Positions 36,023 to 48,017 of a stretch of DNA of 64,000 nucleotides are shown here, one piece after another. Position numbers and translations under genes: made by a program. The DNA is from Podarcis erhardii. Its lineage: Eukaryota. The stretch lies in the NCBI GenBank assembly GCA_964252035.1, contig OZ176202.1; one strand, 5' to 3'. The notes under the pieces are model-generated. The model did not search any database, had not been told where the DNA came from, and saw nothing but the letters and a program-made list of their open reading frames with translations. Numbering within the stretch: position 1 is the stretch's first letter; the number at the start of each line of letters is the position of its first letter.

Positions 36023-36324
36023 AAAGGGACCCCATCTCACTTTATTGGCCGAGGGAGCCGGCGTACAGCTTCCGGGTCATGTGGCTAGCATGACTAAGCT
36101 GCTTCTGGCAAACCAGAGCAGCGCATGGAAACGCCGTTTACCTTCCCGCCAGAGCGGTACCTATTTGTCTACTTGCACTTTGATGCGCTTTCGAATTGCT
36201 AGGTGGGCAGGAGCTGGGACTGAGCAACAGGAGCTCACCCCGTCACGGTGATTCGAACTGCCAACCTTCTGATCGGCAAGCCCTAGGCTCTGTGGTTTAG
36301 ACCACAGCGCCACCCACGTCCCTC
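36023..36324 (-). mobile_element. Sauria SINE with 12-bp TSD ATAGTTTACATA and an internal 3' deletion
   Basis: TSD copies at 36011-36022 and 36325-36336. Lacks the ~45-nt segment between GGGACCCC and ATCTCAC that is present in the copy at 43395. Confidence 0.92.
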
Positions 36325-37370
36325 ATAGTTTACATACATACATACATTCATCAAGCAGAAGGGGAAAACAACTATTTCCCATGCTGTTCAGAAACCAGAG
36401 AGGTTACAGATCAATGCAGATATTTTAGTCACTTCTAGGTATGCTTGGATATAGTTGCAGAAGTTTATTTCACTGCAAACTCTTACTGACCATCAGGGGG
36501 CTACAGGCTGTTGTAATGATTTTAAGAAGTGAAACTGTAGAAATTACTTCCAGGGAAATGGATTTTTATCAAGTAGAGTCTAGCCTGGACTTCCCTGGAA
36601 GTATCTTTGTGAGGATTGTTTAAGCCCAGAGAGCTTGAAAGCCCAGCCACAGACGTTTTTACTTGGGCATAAGTTCCACTGAGTTCCATGGAATTTACTC
36701 TGGAATAAGTGCTTAAGATTCTGACTTTAATTGCAGGGTTGTAGTCATGTTGAACCTCAAGAGCCCTTTTTGACTATGCTAAAGCTAGGATTAAAGCAAG
36801 ATGTTTCGCTTTTTAAGAAGCATGTGTGTAATGAGTAGCACTTGAGCTTCATGTTAAGTCATCCTTTGAGCAGAATGGGGAAAGCATTCTGGAATTTCAA
36901 AACTGCCCTAACACTTTCCCAGGGTTTGGTGCTGAATCTGTTCCATTGCCAGGTGATCAAACGAGCCCTTCCAAATGGACTTGGTCTTCATACAAACCTA
37001 CAGGCCATCAAGATGATCATAATGCAAGTGTGGATGGCCCTGAATAGGAGAAACAGGAACAAAAGGAAGTTAAATAAAATAACAACAGATTCAGAAATTG
37101 ACTTTGCATTGCTGAGGGGGAAATCTTTTTTTTTTTTTTTTTTTAAACAAATCTGTAAGGGAGGGGGCAGGTTTGTATGGTAGTGCTGGGTTGAGTAATA
37201 GTGGGGAATTCTGCACCTGCACACTTAAAAAAAAGAAACGACTCAGAGCTCCTCCAGATCAGTGGCTTCTGGTGTGTGAATATATTCTGCAACATGGCAC
37301 TGATGCAAAAAGATGTGCATTAGTGGTGACTTTATACTGGACTTTCCACACTTCATTCTGCTTTATTAGT

Positions 37371-37509
37371 TAGAATCACAGAATTGTAGAGTTGGAAGGG
37401 ACCACAAGGGTCATCTAGTTCAACCCCTTGCAATGCAGGAATCTTTTGCCCAATGTTGGGGTTGAACCCACAACCCTGAGATTAAGAGTCTCCTGCTGTA
37501 CTGACTGAG
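37371..37509 (-). mobile_element. Short SINE with a tRNA-Lys(CUU)-derived head and a CR1 3' tail
   Basis: Reverse complement: CTCAGTCAGTACAGCAGGAGACTCTTAATCTCAGGGTTGTGGGTTCAACCCCAACATTGGGC, then GATTCCTGCATTGCAAGGGGTTGAACTAGATGACC..CCCTTCCAACTCTACAATTCTGTGATTCTA. Confidence 0.85.
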
Positions 37510-38064
37510 TGTGATCCTGGGTGTTCATTATTGCCATTTAGAGGAGCCCTCTTACACTGTAACTCAATGAAAGCAGGACAAAATAACAACCACTTTGGGT
37601 TATTTTGTGGTATGAAAAGTTACAGGATTTCAGCAGGAAACTATGGGGTGTACAAGACTGGAAATCAAGCAGTATGTCTGCCCCAAAACATTTGGCAGCA
37701 TAAGCAGTATTAAAAGGGGGTTTGCATATAACTGCTCCAATTGCATCATAGGCACAAATCATCATGGATGCACAAGAATTCCCTCAGTGGTAGCTGGGGG
37801 TAATCTTCTATTCTTCCTCAGGTGCAAAAGACTACATTTTGAAGGCTCAGAAAATGTAATATTTATGGAACAGCTAGCTTGAGGGAATATATATTGATGT
37901 GTGCAGCTAACAATAAACTGATAATGTAGAAAGGCCTAGAATGCTGCAAGGAAAACATATATCAGTAAATGCTACAAAGATTAAGTAGTAGGAAGCACGT
38001 GGTTTCATTTCCTCTCCCTCTCTTTCTTCGGCTCTTAACTGCTGTTTCCATCTCTGATTGCAAG

Positions 38065-38167
38065 GTACATTAAGACTCGCTTGCTGCCAGATAAATCTTC
38101 TCAGAGTAAACGGAAGACCTCTGTGAAAAAGAACACATTGGATCCAACCTTCCAAGAAACATTAAAG
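38065..38167 (+). CDS. SYTL3: SYTL3 coding exon 10, [34 protein letters not shown] (C2A)
   Basis: ttgcaag acceptor, AAG|gtacac donor, 103 nt. Confidence 0.96.
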
Positions 38168-38389
38168 GTACACTAAGCAACATTTATAATCCAGATTTCT
38201 ACGTTCCCCACTCTCACCCTCGCTCTTGTGCACAGCTAAACTCCTGCTTTTAGTGGATTTAGAAGCAGAGCTTCCTGCGAAGGAGATATCAATGGTGCTT
38301 AACTAAAAGATGAAACCACATATAAAATTGATAGCAGTCACCCAGTTAAAGCATTTAAACAGTTCAGCAGTAGGTTAAAATAAACATTT

Positions 38390-39185
38390 GGCCCACAGTC
38401 CTCACCTGAATGCCTTTGTGAAGAGATTGTGAATCATATCTCCAAAAGAAGTTCCATTACTGAGGCATTGCCATGGAGAAGATCCTATCCTATAGCTCTA
38501 TACATGGGGCTGTGCCCATCAATGGGGCCATGAGAAGGGCCTTCCCTATATCTGGCCAAATAGGTGTATATAGGAGGAGGCTATCCTTTAAGTGTTTGGG
38601 ACCTAAGTCAATATATGCTATCGTTAGTAACTTGAATTGAACCCAGTAGTGAATAGGTAACCAGCACAACTTCTGAAGGACAGGTGTAATATGATTTTGG
38701 GTGTTCATACCACAGAGTAGCCTAGTGGCAGCATTCTGCACTAACTGCAGCCTCTGGACCATCTCCAGAGATTGCACCATGTAGAACACATTGCAGAAGT
38801 CTATCCTAGCAGTCACTAGAACATGGGCCACTGTGTGGCTAAGCTATCTTGACCCAGGAAGGGGTGCTGCTGGTGAATTGGCCAGAGTCGGCAATAGGCA
38901 CTACTAGCCATGGAAGCCACTTGGGTCTCAAGTGACAAAGCTGGATCAAGAAGTACCCCCAAGTTATGGACCTGCTTCTCCAGAAGGAGTTTAACCACAT
39001 CCTGACAGGTTTATTCCCCAATTTCCCACTAAGAGTGCCTCCATCTTGTTGGGATTCACCTTCAGTTTATTGGCCTTCATCCAGCCCATTAGTACCTCCA
39101 GATACCAGCACAGCACTTGCACAGATTCGTTGCATAACTTGGATTGATTGAGCTTGGGTATCATCAGTATACTGATATATTTCCA
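38390..39185 (-). mobile_element. L2 LINE 3' fragment encoding a degenerate RT C-terminus
   Basis: YTDDTQ (YADD motif, 39154-39171), GWMKANKLKVNPNK, LGVLLDPALSLE, HVLVTARIDFCN..LQLVQNAATRLL..HITPVLQKLCWLP. Confidence 0.9.
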
Positions 39186-39882
39186 ATATATCAGAATCAG
39201 CCTGGCCTTTAAATAGCTCTATTAAAATAGCTGCCTGTCTTCTGAATTATGATGTGGCCAAAGCTATATAGACTGCACTTGAAAAAATCCTAACCAAAAT
39301 AAGGTTGTGTATTGTTCAAAGGACAACTATTTGCTTTTAAGAGCCTGAGCAAATGTCTCTTCTTTCAAAGGTTAAAGGAAGTGAATCATGATTTGGATGG
39401 AATATTTATGAAGTTGAAAGGAATTAAAATCTATTGTGCCAGCTTCCTCTTTTCACAATGAATGTCTCAAACATTGCTGTTTGAACTTGCTAACTTAAAA
39501 AAAAATCCAACTGTTACATTAAAAGGCATTATGAAAAGTCAGTCCCACTAGCTGTTGCTGTGATGCATCAGTGCAGTGTTTCAGGATACTCATCCTTATA
39601 TCATAGAGGGAGGGAAGTGTACTTGATTTCTGAACTTTCAGAAGATATTTGCATGCTTTGATGCTGATTAAGTACATGGGCAGATTTCTTTTAAAATATT
39701 AACTGACTCACCAGGTGAGTAGACCACAATGGGTTGATCTTACTGGAGTACAGCACTCATTTATCTTTAATAGCTATACAGCAGAGGGAATTCCTTCATT
39801 AATCTGGCAGATTTTAATGCTGCAACTTCATAAAAACATGTTAGTCTTATGCATTGCACTGTGGTACTTTTGATGCTTACAG

Positions 39883-40053
39883 TACAAGATTGAATACTCG
39901 CAGCTGGAAACTCGACAACTGCAAATATCTGTATGGCATGCTGGAACTTTTAGACATCGAGTATTCCTTGGAGAAGTGGTGATCCCATTTGAATCTTGGG
40001 ATTTTGAAGACAGTTCAACTCAGTCATTCAACTGGTATCAACTCAAAGCAAAG
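39883..40053 (+). CDS. SYTL3: SYTL3 coding exon 11, YKIEYSQLETRQLQISVWHAGTFRHRVFLGEVVIPFESWDFEDSSTQSFNWYQLKAK (C2A)
   Basis: cttacag acceptor, AAG|gtgact donor, 171 nt. Confidence 0.97.
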
Positions 40054-40095
40054 GTGACTCCAGCTTTGTATTAGAGCTACATATTTTCCAGCAAA

Positions 40096-40105
40096 AACAC
40101 ACACA

Positions 40106-40167
<62 letters not shown>
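40096..40167. repeat. Compound (AC)n(AG)n microsatellite just downstream of the exon 11 donor
   Basis: Directly visible, about 70 bp. Confidence 0.95.
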
Positions 40168-40170
<3 letters not shown>

Positions 40171-40629
40171 ATGTTTGTATATGAATATACAGTGTATGCT
40201 TTTAAATCCCAACATTCTGATGCAAACTTACTTTGTCCACTATAATGAGATGGATAGTGTCATCAAAGAAATTGATTAAGTCTTTAGACAGTCATCCTGA
40301 TAGCTGAGTCACCTCGAGTCACCTCCTAACCTGTCACTATATTTTTAACAAAAAGAAAATTATGGATCCATGGTCTTGCCCTAGATGAAAGTTTAGCTGC
40401 TTATTCAGTTTTATAGTATGGGATCATTGAAATATGAGATCAGTTATTCCTGTTAGTGTCTAATAACTGTAATTATTGCAGGTAGACTTTCAGGCTTGAC
40501 CTGTTTTATCATTTGAGAATAATGTCACAACTGATTATATGAATTAATTATGAGAAGAGAGGAAAGGCACAGGACAATCACAAGCTGTCAACTATGTTTG
40601 TGTGTATTCTTCTCTCAACTTCTGTATAG

Positions 40630-40726
40630 CCCGAAAAGCCTGGAGATAATCTACTCCAGTACAGTGGAGAACTTCTGGTGCGTGCAAAGCTGGTTTCACC
40701 TTCCCTACGTAACAAGTTCCAATATG
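40630..40726 (+). CDS. SYTL3: SYTL3 coding exon 12, PEKPGDNLLQYSGELLVRAKLVSPSLRNKFQY(G); alternative donor at 40756
   Basis: tctgtatag acceptor and GELxVRAKLV motif. Donors G|gtgagc (40726) and C|gtatgt (40756) are both phase 1. Confidence 0.88.
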
Positions 40727-41745
40727 GTGAGCATGGGAAAGAAAATACAAAGCACCGTATGTATTAACTTTGCTATTAAAACTCTGTGTCAGTTTATGTA
40801 AAGTCCTCAAAAGTGACATTCACTTGTTTAGGGATCGCCAACCTTTTGGGCCAATGGACACATTTGGAATTTTAAGGAAAGTCTGTGGGCACCAGTCACA
40901 AAATGGTTGCTGTGGGGTGTGTGGCAAAACACAAAATGACTGTCATGGGACACAGCAACAACACATATAACTCAGCCCACTGTCCCTGTGTCTTAGGTTT
41001 TTATCACACTAGGGATTTAGACTGCCAAATAGCTCTTGCATAGCATTCACCATTTGTGATGTGGCTTCTAGCAGTGTTGATGATTCTATGGATTATGATG
41101 GAAGTCATTAGTCTTAATTCATCTCTGGCACAGGACTTGCCCTACTATCAGACAGAATAAGGCAACTGCCTAAAGTGGGTGATTCTGAGTGCTGCCCCCG
41201 CACTAAACTATTTAGGGAGCAATCCAAACCCTTGACTAGCAGTAGTAGGTCTCAATGGAGTAGCCTAGCCATCACTGTTTCACTGCTGGCACTGGAAGGT
41301 GGGTGGGGTCAGGAAAAATGCTATGTCAGCTCCTGGCTGGTACAGCAAAGAGACCCAGATCAGGACTGTTCCTGACAGCAGCAGGGCCCACTCAAGATCC
41401 AGCACATCCTGTGCCCGCCCAGCCCGTCCCTTTCTCTCCCCACTCCTGCAGCACTCTGTTTCTGGAATCTCCACTGTCTGCCATTTGGGAGGGCACATTG
41501 GAGTGTTCCTCACCAACAAAACTCTCTTGCCAGTGGTGGGGCTATATGAAAGGACACTTCCACTCCAAACCTCCCTCTAGCATGGCAGATTGGGGGTTTG
41601 GAGAGCTGTGTTAGTCTGTAAGACATTGTAGCATTTTGGTCTTCTTTTCATAATCTCCTTGCTCACAGTAATGGCAGCTGATAGCACCTAGACATTTTAC
41701 CCTAAACACTGTGATGACTCTCTGCTGGTTTCTGCCCTCTTTCAG

Positions 41746-41854
41746 GGATGGAAGAAAAAGCACATCCTGAGTACCAGCTTCAACTTCTAGTTCTTGGAGC
41801 CCACAACTTGCCTATGCTAAGACCTGATGGCCTATTGAACACATTTGTTAAAGG
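41746..41854 (+). CDS. SYTL3: SYTL3 coding exon 13, MEEKAHPEYQLQLLVLGAHNLPMLRPDGLLNTFVK(G) (C2B start)
   Basis: ccctctttcag acceptor, GG|gtatgg donor, 109 nt. Confidence 0.95.
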
Positions 41855-42959
41855 GTATGGTTTGCAATGCTGTTTAAAATGTAATTGTTTTATTATTTAT
41901 CATGCATTAAACTTTTTGAAAGTTAGTTTAAGAGAAAACCTTATATGTAAAATCAGGTAACTGTTAAGTGTGTGCAGCTTAACCTTATGCTCAACAAACC
42001 ACTGGTACACCCTTTGCAATTCTTCTCATTTCAGTGGGAATAGTTAAGTATGGGCTTAAATATCTCCTGTCAAAATGATGGCGTTAAAGCTGTGTAACTA
42101 TAGCTGGATTGTAGACATTATCATCTGCATGGCAGAATATTTCTGGGCATCACAGAGTGAGCCCAAGATTGGTCCAATTCTGTGACTTGGGTTTAAAATG
42201 CAAAAAGATATAGTGACCATGGTGGTTAGGTTGTAGTTGACAGATGACTGAGATGGAGGAAGTAAAAATATGTACAAGATAAGAATGTTATATCAATTGG
42301 CAGCATCGCCTTCTCACCAAAAAGGCCTTGAAGATAAAAGTGTGATCAAGGTTGAAATCTTCAGTTGGCTAGTAACTGTAAGTGATGCAAAATGTAGCTG
42401 CCTTCTTCCTGCAAAGAGAGTTGCCAGGAGCATGCAGCTTCATTCTTCCAGAGGCTGGATTCCTTTCTAGTCGCATGCATGTCAGGTCCTGATTTTGGCC
42501 AAAAGGCTGGCAGACATGCATTTCTAAGAAACGCCGGCCTTGTCTGTATGGGAGAATATAAAGAGGAGACTGCTTTCACAGCCTTAGTATTCCCTTCCTC
42601 CCAGACTTAGTTTAGCCAGTTTAAACATGTATAACAGAATCCTGACACTTTCTTTGAAAAAAGGAAAGAAAAACAATTGGGCATAGCTAATGATGCAGTA
42701 GAATGAGGAGGTGCTTAACTCTTTTCTTGCCCGCTGCTTTTCACTGCAAACTCCCCCTGAATCTACTTGTCATGAAAGGCAAAGAGCTTTTGCCAAGAGA
42801 TGGGGCACAGGAATGGTACCTGTCCATGCAGGTCCCTTGTGTGCTACCCCTGGGGAAATGGTTAGAAGCAGTAATACTGGCCAGTAAGAATTGTAGTGAT
42901 TAGCAGCCCCAAAATGAATGGTACAGCCTCGTAACTGCCAAAGTCAAGAAGACAAATCT

Positions 42960-42963
<4 letters not shown>

Positions 42964-43001
<38 letters not shown>
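42964..43001. repeat. (TG)n microsatellite
   Basis: About 18 TG units. Confidence 0.95.
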
Positions 43002-43004
<3 letters not shown>

Positions 43005-43026
43005 GATGAGGGACAAGACCTTAGTG

Positions 43027-43660
43027 CAGGAGTGGGGAACTGGATCCAGCCAGGGACCAGATGCTTAATCTGGCCCCTCCCTGTGGACCAGCATTAACAG
43101 ACAAAAGGCCCTGCCCACCTGTCAAAGTTCAAAGGGGCTCCCTGTACTGGTAGTTAGTACAGTTAGTACAGCCTGATGAGCTGGAATCAACTGATCAGTT
43201 GACTGATGTTGTCAGTAAACCCTACATGCAAAGGAGCAGTCAAGAGCTCACGTTAAGCTCATGGTTGTTCTTTTGTGGCCATGCCCTTATCTGCCCACCC
43301 AATGTCATTTATGACGTCATGTGCAAAACTGCCTCTCTGGCCAAACTGTGATCTGTGCCAGGTTTAATTATGCCCATGCACTGAAGGTTCCTTAAAGGTA
43401 AAGGGTAAAGGGACCCCTGATTGTTAGGTCCAGTCGTGGCCGACTCTGGGGTTGTGGCGTTCATCTCACTTTATTGGCCGAGGGAGCCGGCATACAGCTT
43501 CTGGGTGATGTGGCCAGCATGACTAAGCCGCTTCTGGCGAACCAGAGCAGCGCACGGAAACACCATTTACCTTCTTGCCGGAGCGGTACCTATTTATCTA
43601 CTTGCACTTTGACGTGCTTTCAAACTGCTAGGTTGGCAGGAGGAAGGTTCCTTACCCCTG
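43027..43660. mobile_element. Old hAT/Charlie-like element whose right TIR is interrupted by a Sauria SINE
   Basis: Left end CAGGAGTGGGGAAC. After removing the SINE and one TSD copy, the right end reads AGGTTCCTTACCCCTG. Flanks CCTTAGTG / CTTTATTT match at 5 of 8 positions. Confidence 0.6.
43395..43642 (-). mobile_element. 5'-truncated Sauria SINE with perfect 12-bp TSD GAAGGTTCCTTA
   Basis: TSD copies at 43383-43394 and 43643-43654. The tail reads AAGGTAAAGGGTAAAGGGACCCC on the + strand. Confidence 0.93.
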
Positions 43661-44129
43661 CTTTATTTAAAGTCTCCTATAGTAAAAACAGAAAGACCAA
43701 CAGAATTGAAGGATTGTAAGGTATTTTATAAAACTTTCCTGAAGTAATTCAAGAAGAGTAGCTACGTTAGTTAGTCAGTGGCAAGAAAAAAATGGCATTG
43801 TATTTTGGTACCTTAACAATTCATGAATTGTAGTATGAACCTTTGTAGGCTAGCGCCTGCTTCATTTGATGCCTGCATTAATTGTATCTCAAGCCTCGAT
43901 AAATGTCAGACTTCAAGGTGCCATGAGATACTGGTTTGTTCTGCAAAGTAGGGGCAGAGTTCAGTCAAAGTTGAGCACTTTAAAGTCCCTGTTGCTTTCA
44001 AATGGGGCATGCTCAACTTCCTCACTGAAATCAAGGAGACTGAAAATGCATAACTTTAGCTGGATTGTGCCCTCACCTTTTCCCTGTCATAAATCTCACT
44101 GAATGGCTTCTAACTTTCTCTTTGGGAAG

Positions 44130-44335
44130 CTGCCTTTGCATCCTGGGGCAACGTGACTTAAAACAAAGGACTCCTGTGCTGAAGAAACAAGCCCAGCCAC
44201 AATGGAACCACTTGTTTGTCTTTAATGGGGTTACCGCATCTCAGCTGCAGCAATCTTGTCTGGACTTAACTGTCTGGGATCAAGCATCGTTTGGTTTACG
44301 TGATCAGTTCTTGGGCGGTGCAAGACTCGGAAAAC
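44130..44335 (+). CDS. SYTL3: SYTL3 coding exon 14, C2B (CLCILGQRDLKQRTPVLKKQAQPQWNHLFVF..LDLTVWDQASFGLRDQFLGGARLGK)
   Basis: ctctttgggaag acceptor, C|gtaagt donor, 206 nt. Confidence 0.95.
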
Positions 44336-45901
44336 GTAAGTGGAAAAAATGAGACTTTTGTGCTGATAGATATCACAAGCACCCCACATAGCACAGTGTT
44401 GCATTAGGGATAATGTAAAGGAGGTGGAGACGGAAGACCAGGGAGTTCTATAGATCAAATCTTGCCTTGGCTTTGAATTCACTGGGTTCTCAGGTTCTCC
44501 CCCATCTATAATGTAATGGTATAATATCATCACAACTCTTGTAAGGTTTGCTAAAATGATGACTATGAAACACTTTAGGAAAACAGCACAACTCACGTTA
44601 GATAATTTTTTTAAAGGCTTGAAATGACTGTCCTGGGTTGGGCTGAGGAACTATAGCCCTCTAGAAGTTGCTGGAGTATACTATTGAGAGTTCAAGAGTC
44701 CTGCAACATCTGGAAGACCCCAGGTTCCTCACCCCAGCTCAACACGTGTGTTGAATTAAGTAATTCAGTTTAAGTATTGTGTTTATGCAGAGCTTCAAGT
44801 CTGTTCAGAGCATATCACATATATTATCTTCCTGTAATTTGTACAGCACCCATGTAAAGAGAGGGCAGTTTTATCTTCATTTTGAGGAGTAGAGGTCTGA
44901 GGTTGGTCTCAGTGAATTTATGATATTCAAACCAGGGGTGACTTGATTCATAGCTGTTTGCGAACTACCCTGCCCATACATACATGAAAAGGAAGCGGGC
45001 CCAGAGATCCACAGCCCCATTTCATTCATTTAAATATCTGCACAGAGTAGTCCCATTGCCATAGCTACATTGAGGAGATACCATGTGAGCTGGAGCATTC
45101 ATGCAGATGCTCAGTCCTTTGGAAGCCTCACTTAAATAATAACTCCCTCAAAAAGTGGTGAAGTTAAAAATTGTATCTGATGGGCTTCAGGAGTCCACAC
45201 ACTAATGTGAATGCTCTGGTTTATTATATGATACTTCTCCCTTCAGCAGGACCATTTCATGTGATGAATTTTTAAACATAGGAAATAGGGCACGTAAGTC
45301 CACCATACTAGCTTAAAAGGAAGCTTTGGAGAACACACTGATAGCCACCCTATTGGTCCCTGGCACAGCCAATCAACACAAGCATTGGAACTTTGCCTCC
45401 TGGCCCAGTTAGAACATACAGTATACTAGGAAGATGTCACAGGGGAACGCCAACCTCCCCCATATTTCACTATGGAAGCACTTCACATGTTGAGAACCAC
45501 TGACCTAGTTGCTGCTTGCTGAATTAATCCACTGTATTCTCTGTTTTTCCTTGTTTGGCTCTCCTCAGTTTGTCATAAAAGCCTTCTCTTTGGCAAACAA
45601 TCAAAGGGACAGAGCAATGCTGACACGTCATTAGCAACACTAATTGGAATTGCTCGCAGCAGGCGTTGTATCCTGCTAAGCTTTCCCTGTGGCAAGCCAT
45701 TATTTTTCTCAGTGTCAAAGACCCATCTAATTAAAAGCTGGACAGACACACAAAAAATATAGCAGGACCAGCAAACTACTCCAAAACCCAGTTCAACTGC
45801 AAAAGATCATTTCGTAAACTGCATAGAATCTGATAGTTTATTTAAAAATGTATACATCTCTTGTAAATGAGGGAGAACTACTGCATTTGTTATAAAGGTA
45901 T

Positions 45902-46425
45902 TGTTACACGCCATCCCAATTGCCAAGTAGTGTGAGATTCCAGGGGTTCCAGGCATGCTTACCCAAGGTTCATGTTTTGGGAATGAGGCACAGCAATGAC
46001 TGTGGTGCCTTTATGTTATATGGTTTATTTACACATATATACAAACTGACCCTATGATGGAGAGGTTCCCAGCCTTATACTTCAAGAGGCTCTTGCTTCC
46101 TCCATAGGTGCAGCTTAGGAGTCAAACATCAGCCATGGTTCTCTGCCTGCCTGCAGCTTTTCTTTAGCTTCTGCCCACATAACTTTCCAGAGACACCACT
46201 CTTAACTCTTGCTACTGCAAGCCCTCTTTATCTGTTGATCTATTTGCCATCTTACACTAAGTTCATTTGATCCATTGGCTTTTGTAATGACTCATCCCCC
46301 CACCCCAAGATGATTTTCTGGACAAGGGAAATTGAGCCTATCTTAATTAGTTCTCATCACTTGTTAATTCCAGGGGTTTAGCATTTCCCAGCACACAATT
46401 TAATACATACAGGTCTGTTTTAACA
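45902..46425. mobile_element. Possible degraded solo LTR
   Basis: TGT...ACA ends and an internal TTTATT. ATTCCAGGGGTT recurs near both ends. No TSD found. Confidence 0.25.
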
Positions 46426-47047
46426 CTTCAAGCATTGATTAATTTCTAACGTTTGCTTGCAATAGATTATACTCAACAATGATCCACACACTTAGTTGGC
46501 CAATTGTACTCTAATTCTGGAGCCCCCAACATGGTGCCCGTGGGCATCATGGCATCCCCAGACCCCCTGCCATTTCTTTTGAAAACATTTTTTGAGCTCC
46601 TTTCCAGCTTTTAAATCTTGCTGGAAAGAGAAGTGCAGGCCTCCAGCTGCCCTGCGCTCTTCCTTTTCATACCCCAGATTGCATGTTGTTTAATTGGGGC
46701 GGGGGGGGGGGGGAGAGGTTCCTGGTATTTTGGCTGCTTTTTATTGTTTAACTTGCTTTTTGTTTGCCCGTTTCTTCTGCTTATTTGGAGTGTGCATGAA
46801 TATTTTGCTTCACTGAGTATCACCAGTTTTTTCTCTGGCAAAATGGTATTTTGGGGTGCCAGGGATTCCCATTATTTTGGTCCTGGAATTTTAAAAGATT
46901 GAGGACCCTTGCTTTGAGTGTGTGTTTCCACTGTGTACTTGCACCATGCAAAAGAGACCCATTGACCAGATAAATGCATGAAGCAGCCTGAATCTCAGTA
47001 CTCAAAACTTTGTAGGAACAAATTTCAGAGAGCTGGTTCCGAATGTA

Positions 47048-47272
47048 CAGTTGTACCCCGGGTTACATACGCTTCAGGTTAAAGACTCCACTAACCCGAA
47101 ATAGTACCTTGGGTTAAGAACTTTGCTTCAGGATGAGAACAGAAATCATGCTCCGGTGGTGCGGCGGCAGCAGGAGGCCCCATTAGCTAAAGTGGTTCTT
47201 CAGATTAAGAACAGTTTCAGGTTATGAACAGACCTCTGGAACAAATTAAGTACTTAACCCGAGGTACCACTG
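47048..47272. mobile_element. Tigger/TcMar-type MITE with TA TSD
   Basis: TA|CAGTTGTACCCCGGGTTA ... TAACCCGAGGTACCACTG|TA. Confidence 0.88.
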
Positions 47273-47667
47273 TACTGTCTTCAAAGGACATGGTTTCAGG
47301 AAAGGGCTTTGTAGAATGTAAACATGTTTAAAGCACAAAGTTTTATTTGTCACATATAAATAAACGTGACATCTCTGCAAAGGGAGTTGGAAGAGTAGAC
47401 TGAACTTTTTGCTCTGCTTCCAAAGTTTGCATGTAAGATAAACAAAGAAACTGCTAGGTCTAACTCTCACACCCCAGATATGCTCTGTTTTGCAAACATA
47501 ATGGTATCTATTGAAACTCAAGATGTGAGGAGCCTTTGCCTAATTCTTGATTGTAATTCATGTACTGCATTCTATCAGGACATGAGGTGTTAGGTTTTCT
47601 TAACAAAATGAGAGCTATTAAATGGACAAAGTCAAGATGAGTCACTTTCCCTTTCTTATGTTTCCAG

Positions 47668-47798
47668 AAACATCAACCGGTACAGTGGATGCAACCTCCC
47701 AAGCATGTCTTCAGTGGGAAAAGATGCTAAGCAGCCCAGACACATGGACAGACATAGCACTTTCACTGTATCCTAATGCTCCTGCCTTTAAATTCTGA
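47668..47798 (+). CDS. SYTL3: SYTL3 last coding exon, TSTGTVDATSQACLQWEKMLSSPDTWTDIALSLYPNAPAFKF*
   Basis: gtttccag acceptor, WxKxLSSPxxW motif, TGA at 47796-47798. The spliced CDS totals 1857 nt (618 aa), or 1887 nt with the long exon 12. Confidence 0.94.
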
Positions 47799-48017
47799 AT
47801 GTCTCTTGCCTTAACAACATATGGAAAGCTATGTGTAGCATTGGTCATTGCCTGCTCAGACAAGTATGGTATGCCAGTTATTTTAACCCCAAGAAATGTA
47901 AACAATGAATGAAAAGAACAAGGGAACAGCTTTACTGATCTCTGTGTATGTCAGGAGCTTCACAGCAAGTCAGGCTGTGCATGTGTGAAAGAACCTCAAA
48001 TCCACAAACACCAGAAG

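Noticed and set aside
36045-36251. Similar short ORFs (MAEGAG..) at 36045 and 43474, and 13318 on the minus strand, as a paralogous micro-protein family
   Set aside because: All are the antisense reading of Sauria SINE copies.
38490-38998. 113-aa and 60-aa ORFs as an intronic nested gene
   Set aside because: They are frameshifted L2 reverse-transcriptase remnants.
46639-46652. Long G homopolymers (also ~3546-3556 and ~59007-59019) as functional G-quadruplexes
   Set aside because: Simple homopolymers whose length is error-prone in assembly, with no supporting context.
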